IMG/VR virus record: IMGVR_UViG_3300042485_001041
Location: 1 to 64,000 of that record
Origin: a virus
Strand: one strand, 5' to 3'
Length of the DNA: 64,000 nt
The position numbers and the translations under genes are program-made. The notes beneath the pieces are model-generated. The model had not been told where the DNA came from and did no database searches. It saw nothing but the letters and a program-made list of their open reading frames with translations. Numbering within the stretch: position 1 is the stretch's first letter; the number at the start of each line of letters is the position of its first letter. Below are positions 1-10,543 of the stretch, in pieces.

Positions 1-81
1 CCTAATGATAGAAAAGTAAGTACCACAATTGGTATTGCTGCAATAAACGGAAATCTTCCAATTTACGAGGAGACACTATGA
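1..81 (+). CDS. 3' end of an upstream gene (probably baseplate/tail), truncated by window
   Basis: Open frame PNDRKV...YEETL* whose TGA overlaps the baseplate J ATG; identity from position only. Confidence 0.45.
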   Translation, partial: PNDRKVSTTIGIAAINGNLPIYEETL

Positions 82-1637
82 GCATCACACCACCATCCAA
101 TATCCCAATCTCTGTAGATTATACGAGTAAAGATTATTACTCTCTTAGAGCCGAGTTAATTGCTCGTGTTCAAGACCGTATTCCAGAGTGGACTGCCTCT
201 GACCCAGCAGATTTTGGCGTAGCATTAATAGAAGCCTTTGCCTACTTAGGAGATATGGTTTCCTATTACATTGATAGAGCCTCTAACGAGTCATTTATTA
301 CTACCGCAACGCAACGTAGAAGTGTTCTTAACATAGCGCAAAGTTACGGTTATATTCCTGCAGGATATCGTCAAGCATATACAACTTTAACGTTTTCTAA
401 TACCTCTGCTACTGACATAACACTTCCAGAAGGAACTGTAGTTTCTGGTGAAGTTGTAATTGGAGACTCAGTTCAAACTGTTTACTTTACAACTGATGCT
501 GAAGTTATCATACAACAAAAAATTGGTGAGAATATTAGCACAGAAGTAGTGGGCGCTAGTGAAGGTCGTTCTGTTTCTTTAGTAGATCCAGGTAACTCTA
601 ATGAGTACGGAGAACTTATAGGAACTTCTGTGGGAGACGCCAGCATGTCGTTCCAACTTGGCGCATCACCAGTTGTCGATGACACAATCGAACTATATGT
701 TCAAGACGGAGACACTTACTCTAAGTGGACACAGGTTCAACACATCCTTGATTCAAGTGCGTTGTCTCAAGTATTTGAAGTTACAAATGATGAAGATGAT
801 ATTGTGTATGTAACTTTTGGAGACGGTGTATCTGGTGCAATCCCAATTCGTTACTCAGAAATTAGAGCCAAGTACACAGTAGGTGGAGGTTCTCTTGGAA
901 ACGTTTCTGTGGGAACTCTAGATACTATTTCATATGTTTCTGGGTTAAGTGAAAATCAACTTACGGCGTTGCAATCATCTATTACGGTTACTAATGAGGG
1001 TAACGCTCTTGGTGGTTCTGATCCAGAATCATTAAATCAAATTCGTATATCTGCTCCACTATCTCTTAGAGCCAATAACCGTGCTGTTACTTTACAGGAC
1101 TACGCTGATCTTGCATTAGGAGTTGGTAACGTTGGAAAAGCAAGTGCTACTGCTGAGATCTGGACGTCTGTAACCGTTTACATTGCACCTAGTCGTACAG
1201 CAACCGATACAGACAATGCGCCAGGATTAGACGACTTAGGAACTCCTACTCTTGAGTACGAACTACTAAAAACTGATGTAGAGGATCAACTAGCAGATAA
1301 AATTATGCTAGGAACAACAGTAACAATTCAACCTCCAACTTACGTAAATGCAATTATTACTATTACCTATACAAAGTTAACTCAGTATACAACAACTGAA
1401 CTTGAGACTTCTATAAAGGGTGCTTTACTAACAAGTTTTGGTTACACAGGTATGAACTTTCAAGACACTATTTATCCTCAAGACATAGAATTTATTCTTC
1501 AACAAGTTAACGGGGTTAAAACAGTTCGCGTCACCGTACTCCACAGAGAAGGTGAGTCTGGACTAGGTAATCTTGTTGGGCAACCAAATGAAATATTTAG
1601 ATTCCTAGAAGAAAACATTAGTATTGGACCTATCTAA
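78..1637 (+). CDS. Baseplate J-like / baseplate wedge protein
   Basis: DYTSKDY..LRAEL, DFGVALIEAFAYLGD, GDGVSG, GGSDPES, RAVTLQDY motifs typical of gpJ/T4 gp6 wedge proteins. Confidence 0.9.
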   Translation: MSITPPSNIPISVDYTSKDYYSLRAELIARVQDRIPEWTASDPADFGVALIEAFAYLGDMVSYYIDRASNESFITTATQRRSVLNIAQSYGYIPAGYRQAYTTLTFSNTSATDITLPEGTVVSGEVVIGDSVQTVYFTTDAEVIIQQKIGENISTEVVGASEGRSVSLVDPGNSNEYGELIGTSVGDASMSFQLGASPVVDDTIELYVQDGDTYSKWTQVQHILDSSALSQVFEVTNDEDDIVYVTFGDGVSGAIPIRYSEIRAKYTVGGGSLGNVSVGTLDTISYVSGLSENQLTALQSSITVTNEGNALGGSDPESLNQIRISAPLSLRANNRAVTLQDYADLALGVGNVGKASATAEIWTSVTVYIAPSRTATDTDNAPGLDDLGTPTLEYELLKTDVEDQLADKIMLGTTVTIQPPTYVNAIITITYTKLTQYTTTELETSIKGALLTSFGYTGMNFQDTIYPQDIEFILQQVNGVKTVRVTVLHREGESGLGNLVGQPNEIFRFLEENISIGPI

Positions 1638-2089
1638 TGGATTCAGTAAAACGTCTGTATGGTGTTTATAGAGGTGTTGTTAAAAATAACAACGACCCTC
1701 AAAATCAACGTCGTTTAAAACTGCAAGTACAGACTACAGGATCAGAGGTTACTGACTGGGCTTGGTCCGTAGAGCCCTCCAGTATTCATACGGCTGTGCC
1801 TGTAGTAGGGCAAGGGGTTTGGGTATCTTATATTGGTGGAGATCCTGAGTACCCTATTTGGCATGGAAGTTTTGGTAAAAATCAAGGAACAAATAAACAA
1901 ATACAGATAAACCCCTTGTCTAACTCTGAAAACTTAACAGGGTTAACTTCGCACATAGTTGTAGTTCAACAGGCTGATGGGACGTCTGAAGTTGATTTAA
2001 CTGCAACGATTGTTGCGTTGGCTAACAAGATTAAAACCTTGGAGAGTCAAATGCTAACCAAGGCAAGTACCAGCCATACCCACCCATAG
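1637..2089 (+). CDS. Gp5/VgrG-type OB-fold baseplate spike/hub protein
   Basis: YGVYRGVV..NNDP..QRRLK and P.VGQGVWVSYIGGDPEYPIW signature. Confidence 0.8.
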   Translation: MDSVKRLYGVYRGVVKNNNDPQNQRRLKLQVQTTGSEVTDWAWSVEPSSIHTAVPVVGQGVWVSYIGGDPEYPIWHGSFGKNQGTNKQIQINPLSNSENLTGLTSHIVVVQQADGTSEVDLTATIVALANKIKTLESQMLTKASTSHTHP

Positions 2090-2155
2090 TTAAGGCAGTA
2101 AATAGGCGGCAAACCATAGAAAATAGACCGATAGGTTTAGAAGGGAGTAACAAAT

Positions 2156-2602
2156 ATGGCTCAATACCCAAATAACGTAGTGTCATGGGTTCCTGTTGTT
2201 GATTTTACTACAACAGTTTTAGCAGAGCACGTAAATACTCTTCGTGAAGAAGCAATTGCTATGCAATCAACTCTAGGCACTTTAGTATCTACTGGTTCTG
2301 GTTGGATAGGTGTTTTTGACCAAGTAACTACGTCTTGGAACACCCTTAAAGATCGTCTTGCAAATATTGAGTATGGTTTAAAAGACGTATGGGATTCAAT
2401 ACCTGCTGGTGGAAGCACCAATCAAGTTCTAACTAAGTCTTCTAATTCTGATTACGCAACTGTATGGTCAACGGTTAACGCGTTGCCAACTCAATCGGGA
2501 CAAGCGGGAAAGTACTTAACTACGGATGGGTCTTCAGCCTCTTGGACACTTGTAGACCCAAACGCAAACATACTTAGCCCGTTTTTACTCGCTGGCTGTT
2601 AA
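2156..2602 (+). CDS. Virion structural / tail-associated protein
   Basis: GSTNQVLTKSSNSDY and GQAGKYLTTDG tail-fibre-type repeats; position in tail module. Confidence 0.6.
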   Translation: MAQYPNNVVSWVPVVDFTTTVLAEHVNTLREEAIAMQSTLGTLVSTGSGWIGVFDQVTTSWNTLKDRLANIEYGLKDVWDSIPAGGSTNQVLTKSSNSDYATVWSTVNALPTQSGQAGKYLTTDGSSASWTLVDPNANILSPFLLAGC

Positions 2603-2611
2603 GGTAGCACC

Positions 2612-4561
2612 GTGGCTAAATACGGTAACGTTACTTACGGCGGTACTAAATACGGAGAAACTCCAAAGTTAGTTTACTCTGTAGAACCGATGTCCTTGGT
2701 TGTTTTAGATTTTTCTAAAGTATATCTACAGTGGATATCCCCTACTGGAACTTTTTCAAAAATAAGATTAGTAAGAAACCAGTGGGGTTTTCCTGAGACT
2801 GCTGAAGACGGAGTTATTATTTGGGATGAGTTTGCTACTTCAGGAAATGTTTCACGACAATCTTTTGTTGACGGATTAGACAACCCAACTAGCATTGGTA
2901 TTGTTCCTGGTAAACCAGTCTATTACTCAATGTTTTTATACAATGATCAAAAAGTTTGGGTTACTGCTGGAAAAATACAAGGCATAGTAGCGTTAAATCA
3001 CAATACTCAAAACAAGATTATGGATTTAATTCCAAAAGTTTACACATCCAAAGAACAAAGTCCTCTTCATGTGACTGATGAAACTTCAGCCCTGTATAAC
3101 TTTATGTACGCTTTGTCATTTTCTTACGATGAGTTTTTAACTTTAATTGAACTAACTCAACCTAACCACACAAAAGAAGGCTCTCCTTTTTCTGTACTCT
3201 CTGAAGAGACGGGGCATGTAGGCTTAGATCCAGAACCAAACTTGCCTGTAAAAAACCAGAAACGACTAGTGCGTGAATCACGTTATCTGTACAGCCATAA
3301 AGGATTAAAAAATGGGTTAGAAACTTATGCCGAATCTTTAACTGGATATGCCCCTACAGTTACAGTCTCACCTAACTTATTGTTAAGTGTTCAAGACTCT
3401 ACCTTCTATCAGTCAATAGGTAACTGGCTAACTTCCCAAAATTTAACAGCAACATCTAACGTTGAACAAGTGGCTGAACTTGGAGAAAACGTAATAGATA
3501 TGACCTATTCGTGCAAACTTATTGCTACTGATGCCTCAACCTCTATGTTTTTAGGGTTCTTCCCCTGGTCGCCAATCACCAGAGGTATTCCAGTAAAGTC
3601 AGAGACTGAGTACATTGTATCGTGCAAAGTTAAATCGCCTCCAAGTGACGGCAACGTAAGTTTAGTAATTGGTTGGTTTGATGGAACTGGAGCACCTATA
3701 AGTGAAACTGCAGCGTCTACTACTTCTGCAAACAACACTTGGAAAACAGTAAGTAAGACGGCAACTGCTCCATCAACTGCTGTGTATGCTGGTATTAAGA
3801 TTCTATATAGTGACGCAGGTACCTACTATGTTGACCAAGTATGTATGCAAGAAGGTAATACTATTAATTACGACGAAGCCCGCGCAATTACTGTAGAACT
3901 ATCCCCTAACAAAATAAACTATATTAAAAACCCTTCATTTGAAGTAGACGCGTCTAACTGGGCAACAACAGGCGCAACATTTACACAAGATTCAAACGTA
4001 CCAACTTTTGGGTATACAGGTGATTATAGTGGTAAGTTTGTTGCTGCTGGTCTTTGGGATTTGAGTACTTCGTACAACATACCTGTTACCCCTGGTCAGT
4101 ACTACACAGGATCATTCTATGTTTCCTCTGATGACGCCTCAACTATCAACTGCTCTATAGAGTTCTACAATATAGATGATGAACTAATTAACACAATTGA
4201 AGCGGTAGATCAACCTATTTCAGATACGTTTTCTCAAATAACGGTTACTGGTATTTCAGACTCGTTATTAGAGGCTACCTACGCAATTTTTAGAGTTTCA
4301 GGTACCGCTGGAACTTTCTACATAGACCTAATTCAATTTGAAAAATCATTTGTTGCTACCGAATATTTTGACGGTTCTATGCCTTCTAACTATGGAAACG
4401 TATGGCAAGGCACAGCCAATTCATCCTATACTTTGGCTTACTACAACAAGCCATTAAAACTTCCTAGGCTTGCAGAAACCATGAAAGATTGGATTCCTCA
4501 AAACGCATTCTGGCGAATCAAGACTTTGGCTGGTTTGGAGTACACCAACCCTACGATGTAG
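2612..4561 (+). CDS. Tail protein (P2 gpI-like region plus carbohydrate-binding-like domains)
   Basis: LIPKVY..., LYSHKG..GLE segment, NYIKNPSFE CBM-like start, YFDGS C-terminus. Confidence 0.7.
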   Translation: MAKYGNVTYGGTKYGETPKLVYSVEPMSLVVLDFSKVYLQWISPTGTFSKIRLVRNQWGFPETAEDGVIIWDEFATSGNVSRQSFVDGLDNPTSIGIVPGKPVYYSMFLYNDQKVWVTAGKIQGIVALNHNTQNKIMDLIPKVYTSKEQSPLHVTDETSALYNFMYALSFSYDEFLTLIELTQPNHTKEGSPFSVLSEETGHVGLDPEPNLPVKNQKRLVRESRYLYSHKGLKNGLETYAESLTGYAPTVTVSPNLLLSVQDSTFYQSIGNWLTSQNLTATSNVEQVAELGENVIDMTYSCKLIATDASTSMFLGFFPWSPITRGIPVKSETEYIVSCKVKSPPSDGNVSLVIGWFDGTGAPISETAASTTSANNTWKTVSKTATAPSTAVYAGIKILYSDAGTYYVDQVCMQEGNTINYDEARAITVELSPNKINYIKNPSFEVDASNWATTGATFTQDSNVPTFGYTGDYSGKFVAAGLWDLSTSYNIPVTPGQYYTGSFYVSSDDASTINCSIEFYNIDDELINTIEAVDQPISDTFSQITVTGISDSLLEATYAIFRVSGTAGTFYIDLIQFEKSFVATEYFDGSMPSNYGNVWQGTANSSYTLAYYNKPLKLPRLAETMKDWIPQNAFWRIKTLAGLEYTNPTM

Positions 4562-4571
4562 TATTCGGGTC

Positions 4572-4838
4572 ATGACTGACCTACTGATAACCATCCTGAT
4601 CTCAGGAATTGCTATAACCTACACCGTTGAGTTCCTAGAACTAGTTACTCTTAGATACTTACAAGTGTCTTTACTGAATAAATACTTTACATTGCCCTTA
4701 AGTTTTGGCGCTTTACTTTCTCAGTATTCGCTAAATAAACAATTCATAATCGCAGTACCTGCTACTACATTTGTAGCAATAGCAATAAGCAAGTGGTTGA
4801 ATAAGCCAACTGTTGTAAATCGACTACCAAGACTATAG
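4572..4838 (+). CDS. Small membrane protein
   Basis: Hydrophobic segments; TAGTAT -10 element 7 nt before ATG. Confidence 0.6.
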   Translation: MTDLLITILISGIAITYTVEFLELVTLRYLQVSLLNKYFTLPLSFGALLSQYSLNKQFIIAVPATTFVAIAISKWLNKPTVVNRLPRL

Positions 4839-4847
4839 GGGCACAAT

Positions 4848-5420
4848 ATGAAACGGATATTAGTTGTTAGTTTTGAAGATCTAGATGTATCCGAAGGCTT
4901 AGCAGAGTTAATACACGATAACCCAGGGGCTCCTGTGATCATCCCTGTCACTGATGAGTTGAACTTTGTTAAGAGCGCAGTAGATACTGCTATAAAGCAT
5001 GACTGCACAATCCAACTGTTCTTCTCAGAAGCCAATGAGTTTACAGATGCGCTCCTGCTTTCGGCCGAAGATTTAACTGTCTGCGATAACCCAATCAAGA
5101 CAATGCTCCGTGAGGTAACGCCAGAAGACATATTGGCTATCTCGTGGGACGATAGCCTTGAGGCTCATCAGGCTCTACACTCCGTAGAAGATTACGGCCT
5201 TGAAACTTGGGATATCTCCGATGGTCTAACGAAGATTGAGTTAGAGCACGAGACCAGCGATGACCTGTACGCCGAGATGCAGGAGTCGCTAACCAACTTC
5301 ATCGAGATCTTTGCCGCCTACATTACGGCTGGAGTGGTCGAGACCCTAGCCAAAACCATTGATCAGGTAATTGCCGACACCCTACTGGGCGACACCCCTT
5401 ACGAATTCGACGAAGACTAG
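4848..5420 (+). CDS. Hypothetical acidic protein
   Basis: 190 aa ORF with GGGG RBS. Confidence 0.6.
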   Translation: MKRILVVSFEDLDVSEGLAELIHDNPGAPVIIPVTDELNFVKSAVDTAIKHDCTIQLFFSEANEFTDALLLSAEDLTVCDNPIKTMLREVTPEDILAISWDDSLEAHQALHSVEDYGLETWDISDGLTKIELEHETSDDLYAEMQESLTNFIEIFAAYITAGVVETLAKTIDQVIADTLLGDTPYEFDED

Positions 5421-5425
5421 CGAGC

Positions 5426-6391
5426 GTGAGAATACCTCTAGAGGCTTATTCAGCCGAGTTAACCGATTACCAGTTCCGTCTCCTCGCCACCATATGCCAT
5501 TTAGCGGGCTCCAGTGGGGGTTTTAAGGCCTCAGCAGCCGAGTTGGGTAGACAGACTGGCAACGTCCATGAGCGAACTGTCAGAAGAGGCCTTAAAGCCT
5601 TGGAAGAGGGTGGCTTCATAACTCGTACTGCCACAAAGAGAGCCAACGGCTATCGTGGCCCAGACAGGTTGGACATCAGAGTCCAAGCGGACACTAGCGC
5701 CCAGGACACAAATGTCCGCACCTCACATGACTATAAGTCAGGTGGCTTAATAGTAGATAAGCCATTAGTACCTAATAGCCAAGATAGTTATAAATTAAAA
5801 GATATTGAATCCAAAGGGATTCTAAGGAAAGAAGTGCGAGTACCTATGAGAAAATGGGAAGATGATGGAGACAATCTTACAGGTTTCGGCCTTGTTGAGG
5901 ACAGGGATGCGCCGCAACCCAAGATACGCAAGTCAGATCCAAAGACCAGAGGCAAACGCCCAGAGCACGAGTGGACACCAATGGATGTCGCTGCAGAGTT
6001 TTCTTTTAGGGTTGGGCGCAAGTACCCCCTCTTACCTGGGACAGTCAGCGTCAAGCAACTCTCAGGAGCCCTTGCCAAGTTCAGAAAGCAGTACGACACC
6101 ACTGCACTGATTGAACTTGAGTTACTCCGCCTGTTCATGGCAGATGAGCGTAACTTCCAAAACTTAGGCGATGAAGCCCCGCACCTTTACAAGTTGTACT
6201 TGGCATCCTTTGGCAAGAAGATGAACCAAGCACGAGAGAACCTTGGCCTTGGGAAAGTTAACGCCCCAACAGAAACTGTGGTTAAGATGGGCACACTTGT
6301 ATCCAGCGATGGTCGTGTTTTCCAGAACTCACTTTCTGGTAGGGTGCAACTAGAACGTTACGAAACTAAACTTAAGGAGACAAATAAGTGA
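5426..6391 (+). CDS. HTH replication initiator (lambda O-like)
   Basis: N-terminal wHTH (ELGRQTGNVHERTVRRGLKALEEGGFITR); upstream of DnaC/DnaB; internal iterons. Confidence 0.7.
   Translation: MRIPLEAYSAELTDYQFRLLATICHLAGSSGGFKASAAELGRQTGNVHERTVRRGLKALEEGGFITRTATKRANGYRGPDRLDIRVQADTSAQDTNVRTSHDYKSGGLIVDKPLVPNSQDSYKLKDIESKGILRKEVRVPMRKWEDDGDNLTGFGLVEDRDAPQPKIRKSDPKTRGKRPEHEWTPMDVAAEFSFRVGRKYPLLPGTVSVKQLSGALAKFRKQYDTTALIELELLRLFMADERNFQNLGDEAPHLYKLYLASFGKKMNQARENLGLGKVNAPTETVVKMGTLVSSDGRVFQNSLSGRVQLERYETKLKETNK
5671..5717. repeat. Three palindromic GGAC-N6-G(T/C)CC repeats; candidate origin iterons
   Basis: GGACATCAGAGTCC 5671, GGACACTAGCGCCC 5689, GGACACAAATGTCC 5704; AT-rich tract near 5786-5810. 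Confidence 0.6.
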
Positions 6392-6485
6392 TTGCACCAA
6401 TGGCAACGGGGGCTACAAAAGTATTAACAAAAGAAGATGTAGTTCAGATTGTTCGAGAAGAACTTGCTTCTCTAAAGGAAGAGTA

Positions 6486-6623
6486 ATGTTTTTAGATAGC
6501 GGAACTATCTTTGCAATATTTATTGCGTTGGCAGGTTCTTGTACGGTTATGGTTTTAGGTATTAAAGAAAATATTGAGTTAAGAAAGTACATCAGATATC
6601 TAGAAGGAGTAGACAATGGCTAA
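6486..6623 (+). CDS. Small membrane protein (45 aa, not in ORF track)
   Basis: MFLDSGTIFAIFIALAGSCTVMVLG..., coupled to neighbours. Confidence 0.5.
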   Translation: MFLDSGTIFAIFIALAGSCTVMVLGIKENIELRKYIRYLEGVDNG

Positions 6624-6888
6624 AAAAGTTACAGTTACATTCTCAGCACGCATTTGGGCTAACACTGAACAGGGTGGCGCTTGGATTGCGGAATACTCAG
6701 TTGACGAAGAAGGCATCGTTACTGGTGAGTACAGCGCTTGGAAGAACGCATCAGCAGCAAAGCGTTGGATGAAGGCAAAGGTTCAAGCACTAACACCTCG
6801 CAAGAGTATAAAGTTACTGGCTGGTACAGAGTTAGATGCCAAGGGTAAGCCAACTTCATTTACAGGAACTTTAATTTATAAGAAGTAA
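6616..6888 (+). CDS. Hypothetical protein
   Basis: AGGAG RBS, 90 aa. Confidence 0.6.
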   Translation: MAKKVTVTFSARIWANTEQGGAWIAEYSVDEEGIVTGEYSAWKNASAAKRWMKAKVQALTPRKSIKLLAGTELDAKGKPTSFTGTLIYKK

Positions 6889-6909
6889 GTTAGTTACGAG
6901 GGGTGCAAT

Positions 6910-7632
6910 ATGTACGACATTAATACGCTGTCATCTTTGAAGCGTCATTGGTTGTTAAGAACTTCCAATATCCCACGTCGCTTCTTAGGGCTTGAACCAC
7001 AGGACATCATCGATCGTTCTGGGTCTTTTCCTACAGAAGTTTCGACGTGGATAGATGACTCTGTAAACGGACACGTCATTAAGCAGATAGGAAACATCGG
7101 TGTAAACGGTGTGGGGCTTTTGTTTGACGGCGGCCCAGGCATAGGTAAGACAACTCACGCTGTAGTTGCGGCAATGGAGTTTGTGCGTAACTTGCCAGAC
7201 GATGATCTGTTGGCAGCAAAAATTCTGGGAATGAAAGATAGTGATTATGGGCTTACTTGCCGCCCTATTTACTACATGACCTACCCAGAATTTCTGTCTA
7301 AAAAGAAGTCAACCTTCGATGCGGATCACGATGATAAGCGCAATATGGTTTATGAACTCGATGGCTTTCATGGACGCTCGAAGTTTGACTGGTTAAATGT
7401 TCGCATATTAGTTATAGATGATCTCGGTAAAGAGTACGGATCTAAATATGACGACACTTCATTTGATGAGGTCTTACGGTTGCGTTATGACAAGGCTCTG
7501 CCCACAATCGTAACTACTAATGTTAGATTAGAAAACTGGGAAGCGGAGTACAAAGAAGCGATGGCAAGTTTCGCCCACGAAGCATTCGTTAGAGTCCCTA
7601 TTATTGGTTCTGACCTGAGAGCAGCCCAATGA
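6910..7632 (+). CDS. dnaC: DnaC/IstB-like helicase loader ATPase
   Basis: Walker A GGPGIGKT, Walker B ILVIDDLGKE, PTIVTTN. Confidence 0.85.
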   Translation: MYDINTLSSLKRHWLLRTSNIPRRFLGLEPQDIIDRSGSFPTEVSTWIDDSVNGHVIKQIGNIGVNGVGLLFDGGPGIGKTTHAVVAAMEFVRNLPDDDLLAAKILGMKDSDYGLTCRPIYYMTYPEFLSKKKSTFDADHDDKRNMVYELDGFHGRSKFDWLNVRILVIDDLGKEYGSKYDDTSFDEVLRLRYDKALPTIVTTNVRLENWEAEYKEAMASFAHEAFVRVPIIGSDLRAAQ

Positions 7633-7937
7633 AAGGGATGAAAATGGAATCTACTTGGCGTACAATCCAAGTTTTCATATCTTCGCAGGCTGCAGGCATC
7701 TTTGAAGTAGAAGTCAATACTGACACAAAGAACATCCGTTGCAGTTGCCCTGTTTACATTAAGTCAACTACCTGTAAGCACACTAACTTTATAAAGCAAA
7801 AGATGCGCTTTAACAACGGACACTATTCTGTACAGATCCCTACGGATATATCAGAGAACCTTGTGATAGAGGCTAGTGAGACGCCAGAGGCTTTTAGGGA
7901 CTTTGTTTTAAAGTACGCTAAGATCGAAGTACTATGA
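7629..7937 (+). CDS. SWIM zinc-finger protein
   Basis: CSC.......CKH motif. Confidence 0.75.
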   Translation: MKGMKMESTWRTIQVFISSQAAGIFEVEVNTDTKNIRCSCPVYIKSTTCKHTNFIKQKMRFNNGHYSVQIPTDISENLVIEASETPEAFRDFVLKYAKIEVL

Positions 7938-8350
7938 AAAACGGAGACATATCTAACGTCTCCTCTCCCCAGGTAATCTGTGTAACCGATGTTGTTATAA
8001 ATTTAAAAGAGGAAGAAGAACGAAAGTTTCTTAGCAAGAAGTCAACTTTTAAAATTGGTGACGTTGAAATGCTGGCAGCAAATAGGTTGTGGACTCTGTC
8101 AAACAACTACGGTATTTCGTTAGAGTTAGCAGGGTTTGAAGCAGAGGGCTGGACAGAGGAACTTCTGGACAAGTCTTTTGAGAAATTAGAAAGACGTGTA
8201 GTAAACCCGTTTAATTACTGGCAACTATACGAGAGCGTAGATGAGTTAGTAGGAACACTTCCTTATCGTGCTAACCTAAAGGGCGTAATTGACGTTCCTG
8301 GTAGGGTGGCCAGATACGGATCAGCAGGAGTCGAATTAAATAACTTGTAA
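7934..8350 (+). CDS. Hypothetical protein
   Basis: Translationally coupled ORF in replication operon. Confidence 0.6.
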   Translation: MKNGDISNVSSPQVICVTDVVINLKEEEERKFLSKKSTFKIGDVEMLAANRLWTLSNNYGISLELAGFEAEGWTEELLDKSFEKLERRVVNPFNYWQLYESVDELVGTLPYRANLKGVIDVPGRVARYGSAGVELNNL

Positions 8351-8360
8351 GAGGGGCATC

Positions 8361-9611
8361 ATGGCGGCAGATAACGAGCATCGTTTAGTTAGTAAAGTAA
8401 TTCGGGATCGTGACATTAATCCTGCGCTACAACGAAACGTTACTGACTCATGGTTCTTAGATGATGAAAACAAAAAAGTCTGGGCGTTTGTTCGTAAGCA
8501 CTACGGCGAGTACAGCGAAGTACCAACAGCGACTACTGTAAAAGATCACTATCCAAACTATAAAGTTTTAGATGTTCAAGACAACATTGAGTATTTGCTT
8601 GACACGATGGTTGACTTCCGTCGTCGACTACTTACTCGTCAAGGTCTTGAAACTGCTATCGGTGAACTGCAAGAGAACAATCATGATGCAGCGCTCCTTG
8701 CCATGGAAGCGACTATCACCAGAGTTAATGAGCAAGGCGTACTTGGTACTCACGAAGTTGACCTAAGTAAGAACACCGAACAGCGTTACAAGGATTACCA
8801 AGCGCTACAGAATCAACAGTTCTTAGGTATCCCAACTGGGTTTGAAAAGATTGACGAAGCAACAGCAGGTTTACAAGGTGGACAGTTGATCACCGTGATT
8901 GCCCCACCTAAGACAGGTAAGTCACAGATTGCTTTGCAGATTGCAATCAACACACATCAACTAGGTAAGACACCTATGTTCCAATCTTTTGAAATGAACA
9001 ACCACGAACAGCAACAGCGCCATGATGCAATGAGAGCACACATCTCTCACGGTCGTTTGCGCCGTGGAAAGTTATTGCCAGAAGAAGAAGCACGCTATAT
9101 CGATTCTTTAAATGAGATGGAAAAGCAACACTCATTCCACTTAGTAGATGCTGTAAACGGTATTACCGTCTCCGCACTGTCCGCAAAGATTGAACAGTGC
9201 AAGCCAGATATCGTCTTTGTAGACGGTGTGTACCTGATGTTGGACGAGATCACTGGTGAGATGAATACACCGCAAGCGATCACTAACATCACCCGTGCAC
9301 TAAAGCGATTAGCGCAGCGCATTGATAAGCCAATTGTTATTACTACACAAACTTTGTTGTGGAAGATGCGTGCTGGAAAAGTTACTGCTGACTCTATCGG
9401 TTACTCGTCCTCGTTCTTCCAAGACTCAGACGTTATCTTGGGTTTAGAGCCTGTTGAGGAAGACGAAGAGATCCGCCTTCTAAAAATTGTTCAGTCCCGT
9501 AACTGCCCACCAAGTGAAACAGCAATCACATGGCGTTGGGACACTGGCTGTTTCCACGATGAGTCGGAGATGACAAGTTGTAAGTTCTGTTCTAGTTGGA
9601 TGGTTCGATGA
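8361..9611 (+). CDS. dnaB: DnaB-like replicative helicase
   Basis: GIPTGF..ID..T.GLQGGQLI, APPKTGKS, IVFVDG, QDSD. Confidence 0.9.
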   Translation: MAADNEHRLVSKVIRDRDINPALQRNVTDSWFLDDENKKVWAFVRKHYGEYSEVPTATTVKDHYPNYKVLDVQDNIEYLLDTMVDFRRRLLTRQGLETAIGELQENNHDAALLAMEATITRVNEQGVLGTHEVDLSKNTEQRYKDYQALQNQQFLGIPTGFEKIDEATAGLQGGQLITVIAPPKTGKSQIALQIAINTHQLGKTPMFQSFEMNNHEQQQRHDAMRAHISHGRLRRGKLLPEEEARYIDSLNEMEKQHSFHLVDAVNGITVSALSAKIEQCKPDIVFVDGVYLMLDEITGEMNTPQAITNITRALKRLAQRIDKPIVITTQTLLWKMRAGKVTADSIGYSSSFFQDSDVILGLEPVEEDEEIRLLKIVQSRNCPPSETAITWRWDTGCFHDESEMTSCKFCSSWMVR

Positions 9612-10543
9612 TTGATGTAGAGAAGATACTGCTTAATCTAGACATCCCATTAACTGCACAACGCGGAGATGAGGTGCAGGGTTTTTGCCCAATGCACAAG
9701 AAGCGCACAGGCAAAGAAGATGCTCACCCTTCTTGGTGGATCAACTCCATTACTGGCGCACACATTTGTTTTTCTTGCGGTTACAAAGGAAATGTGTACA
9801 CATTAGTAGGTGATCTAAAAGGTGTTGATTACTTTGATGCCCGTGAGTTAATCAATGATCAAAATGAATTGCCTCTTGACTCCTTGATGCGCCGTATTAA
9901 AGAACTTCCAGAGTACATACCAACCTCAGATCCAGTTGGGATGTCAGAGGCTCGGCTTGCGGTGTACGAAGAGGTGCCAGATAAAGAACTACGCAAACGC
10001 TTCTTAACAAGAGACGCTGTAAACAAATGCGGAGTTGTCTGGGACGAAAAGAACTTGGCATGGATTCTCCCTATTCGTGAACCCAATGACTTTAAGTTAT
10101 TGGGTTGGCAAGAAAAGGGTGCCAATGGTCGCTTCTTTCGCAATCAACCTCCTGGTGTAAAGAAGTCAAGAACAGTATTCAACGTTCAAAATATTGCAGA
10201 AGATCAGCCCTTGATTGTGGTCGAGTCTCCACTAGATGCTGTTCGGTTAGTTGGCCTTGGTTACAACTCAATCTCTACATTTGGCGCAATCATTGGTGAC
10301 GAGCAAGCAAAGATTATGCGCCGATCAATTCGTGTTGTAGCAGCGTTAGACAACGACAAAGCAGGACATCAAGGTTGCGAACAGATGCACGCCTTTGCTC
10401 GTAAGTACGGGATTGAGATGTCTTTCTTTAACTACGCAGGAATTGAAGAGAAAGATGTCGGAGATATGATTGAGTCCGATATTCACAATGGATTTAAAAC
10501 TGCCAAAGACATGATTTACGGTAAGGCGGCATACCTTGCTTGA
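9596..10543 (+). CDS. dnaG: DNA primase (CHC2 zinc finger + TOPRIM)
   Basis: CPMH...CFSC zinc finger; VESPLD, LDNDKAG, KDVGD TOPRIM motifs. Confidence 0.9.
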   Translation: MDGSMIDVEKILLNLDIPLTAQRGDEVQGFCPMHKKRTGKEDAHPSWWINSITGAHICFSCGYKGNVYTLVGDLKGVDYFDARELINDQNELPLDSLMRRIKELPEYIPTSDPVGMSEARLAVYEEVPDKELRKRFLTRDAVNKCGVVWDEKNLAWILPIREPNDFKLLGWQEKGANGRFFRNQPPGVKKSRTVFNVQNIAEDQPLIVVESPLDAVRLVGLGYNSISTFGAIIGDEQAKIMRRSIRVVAALDNDKAGHQGCEQMHAFARKYGIEMSFFNYAGIEEKDVGDMIESDIHNGFKTAKDMIYGKAAYLA

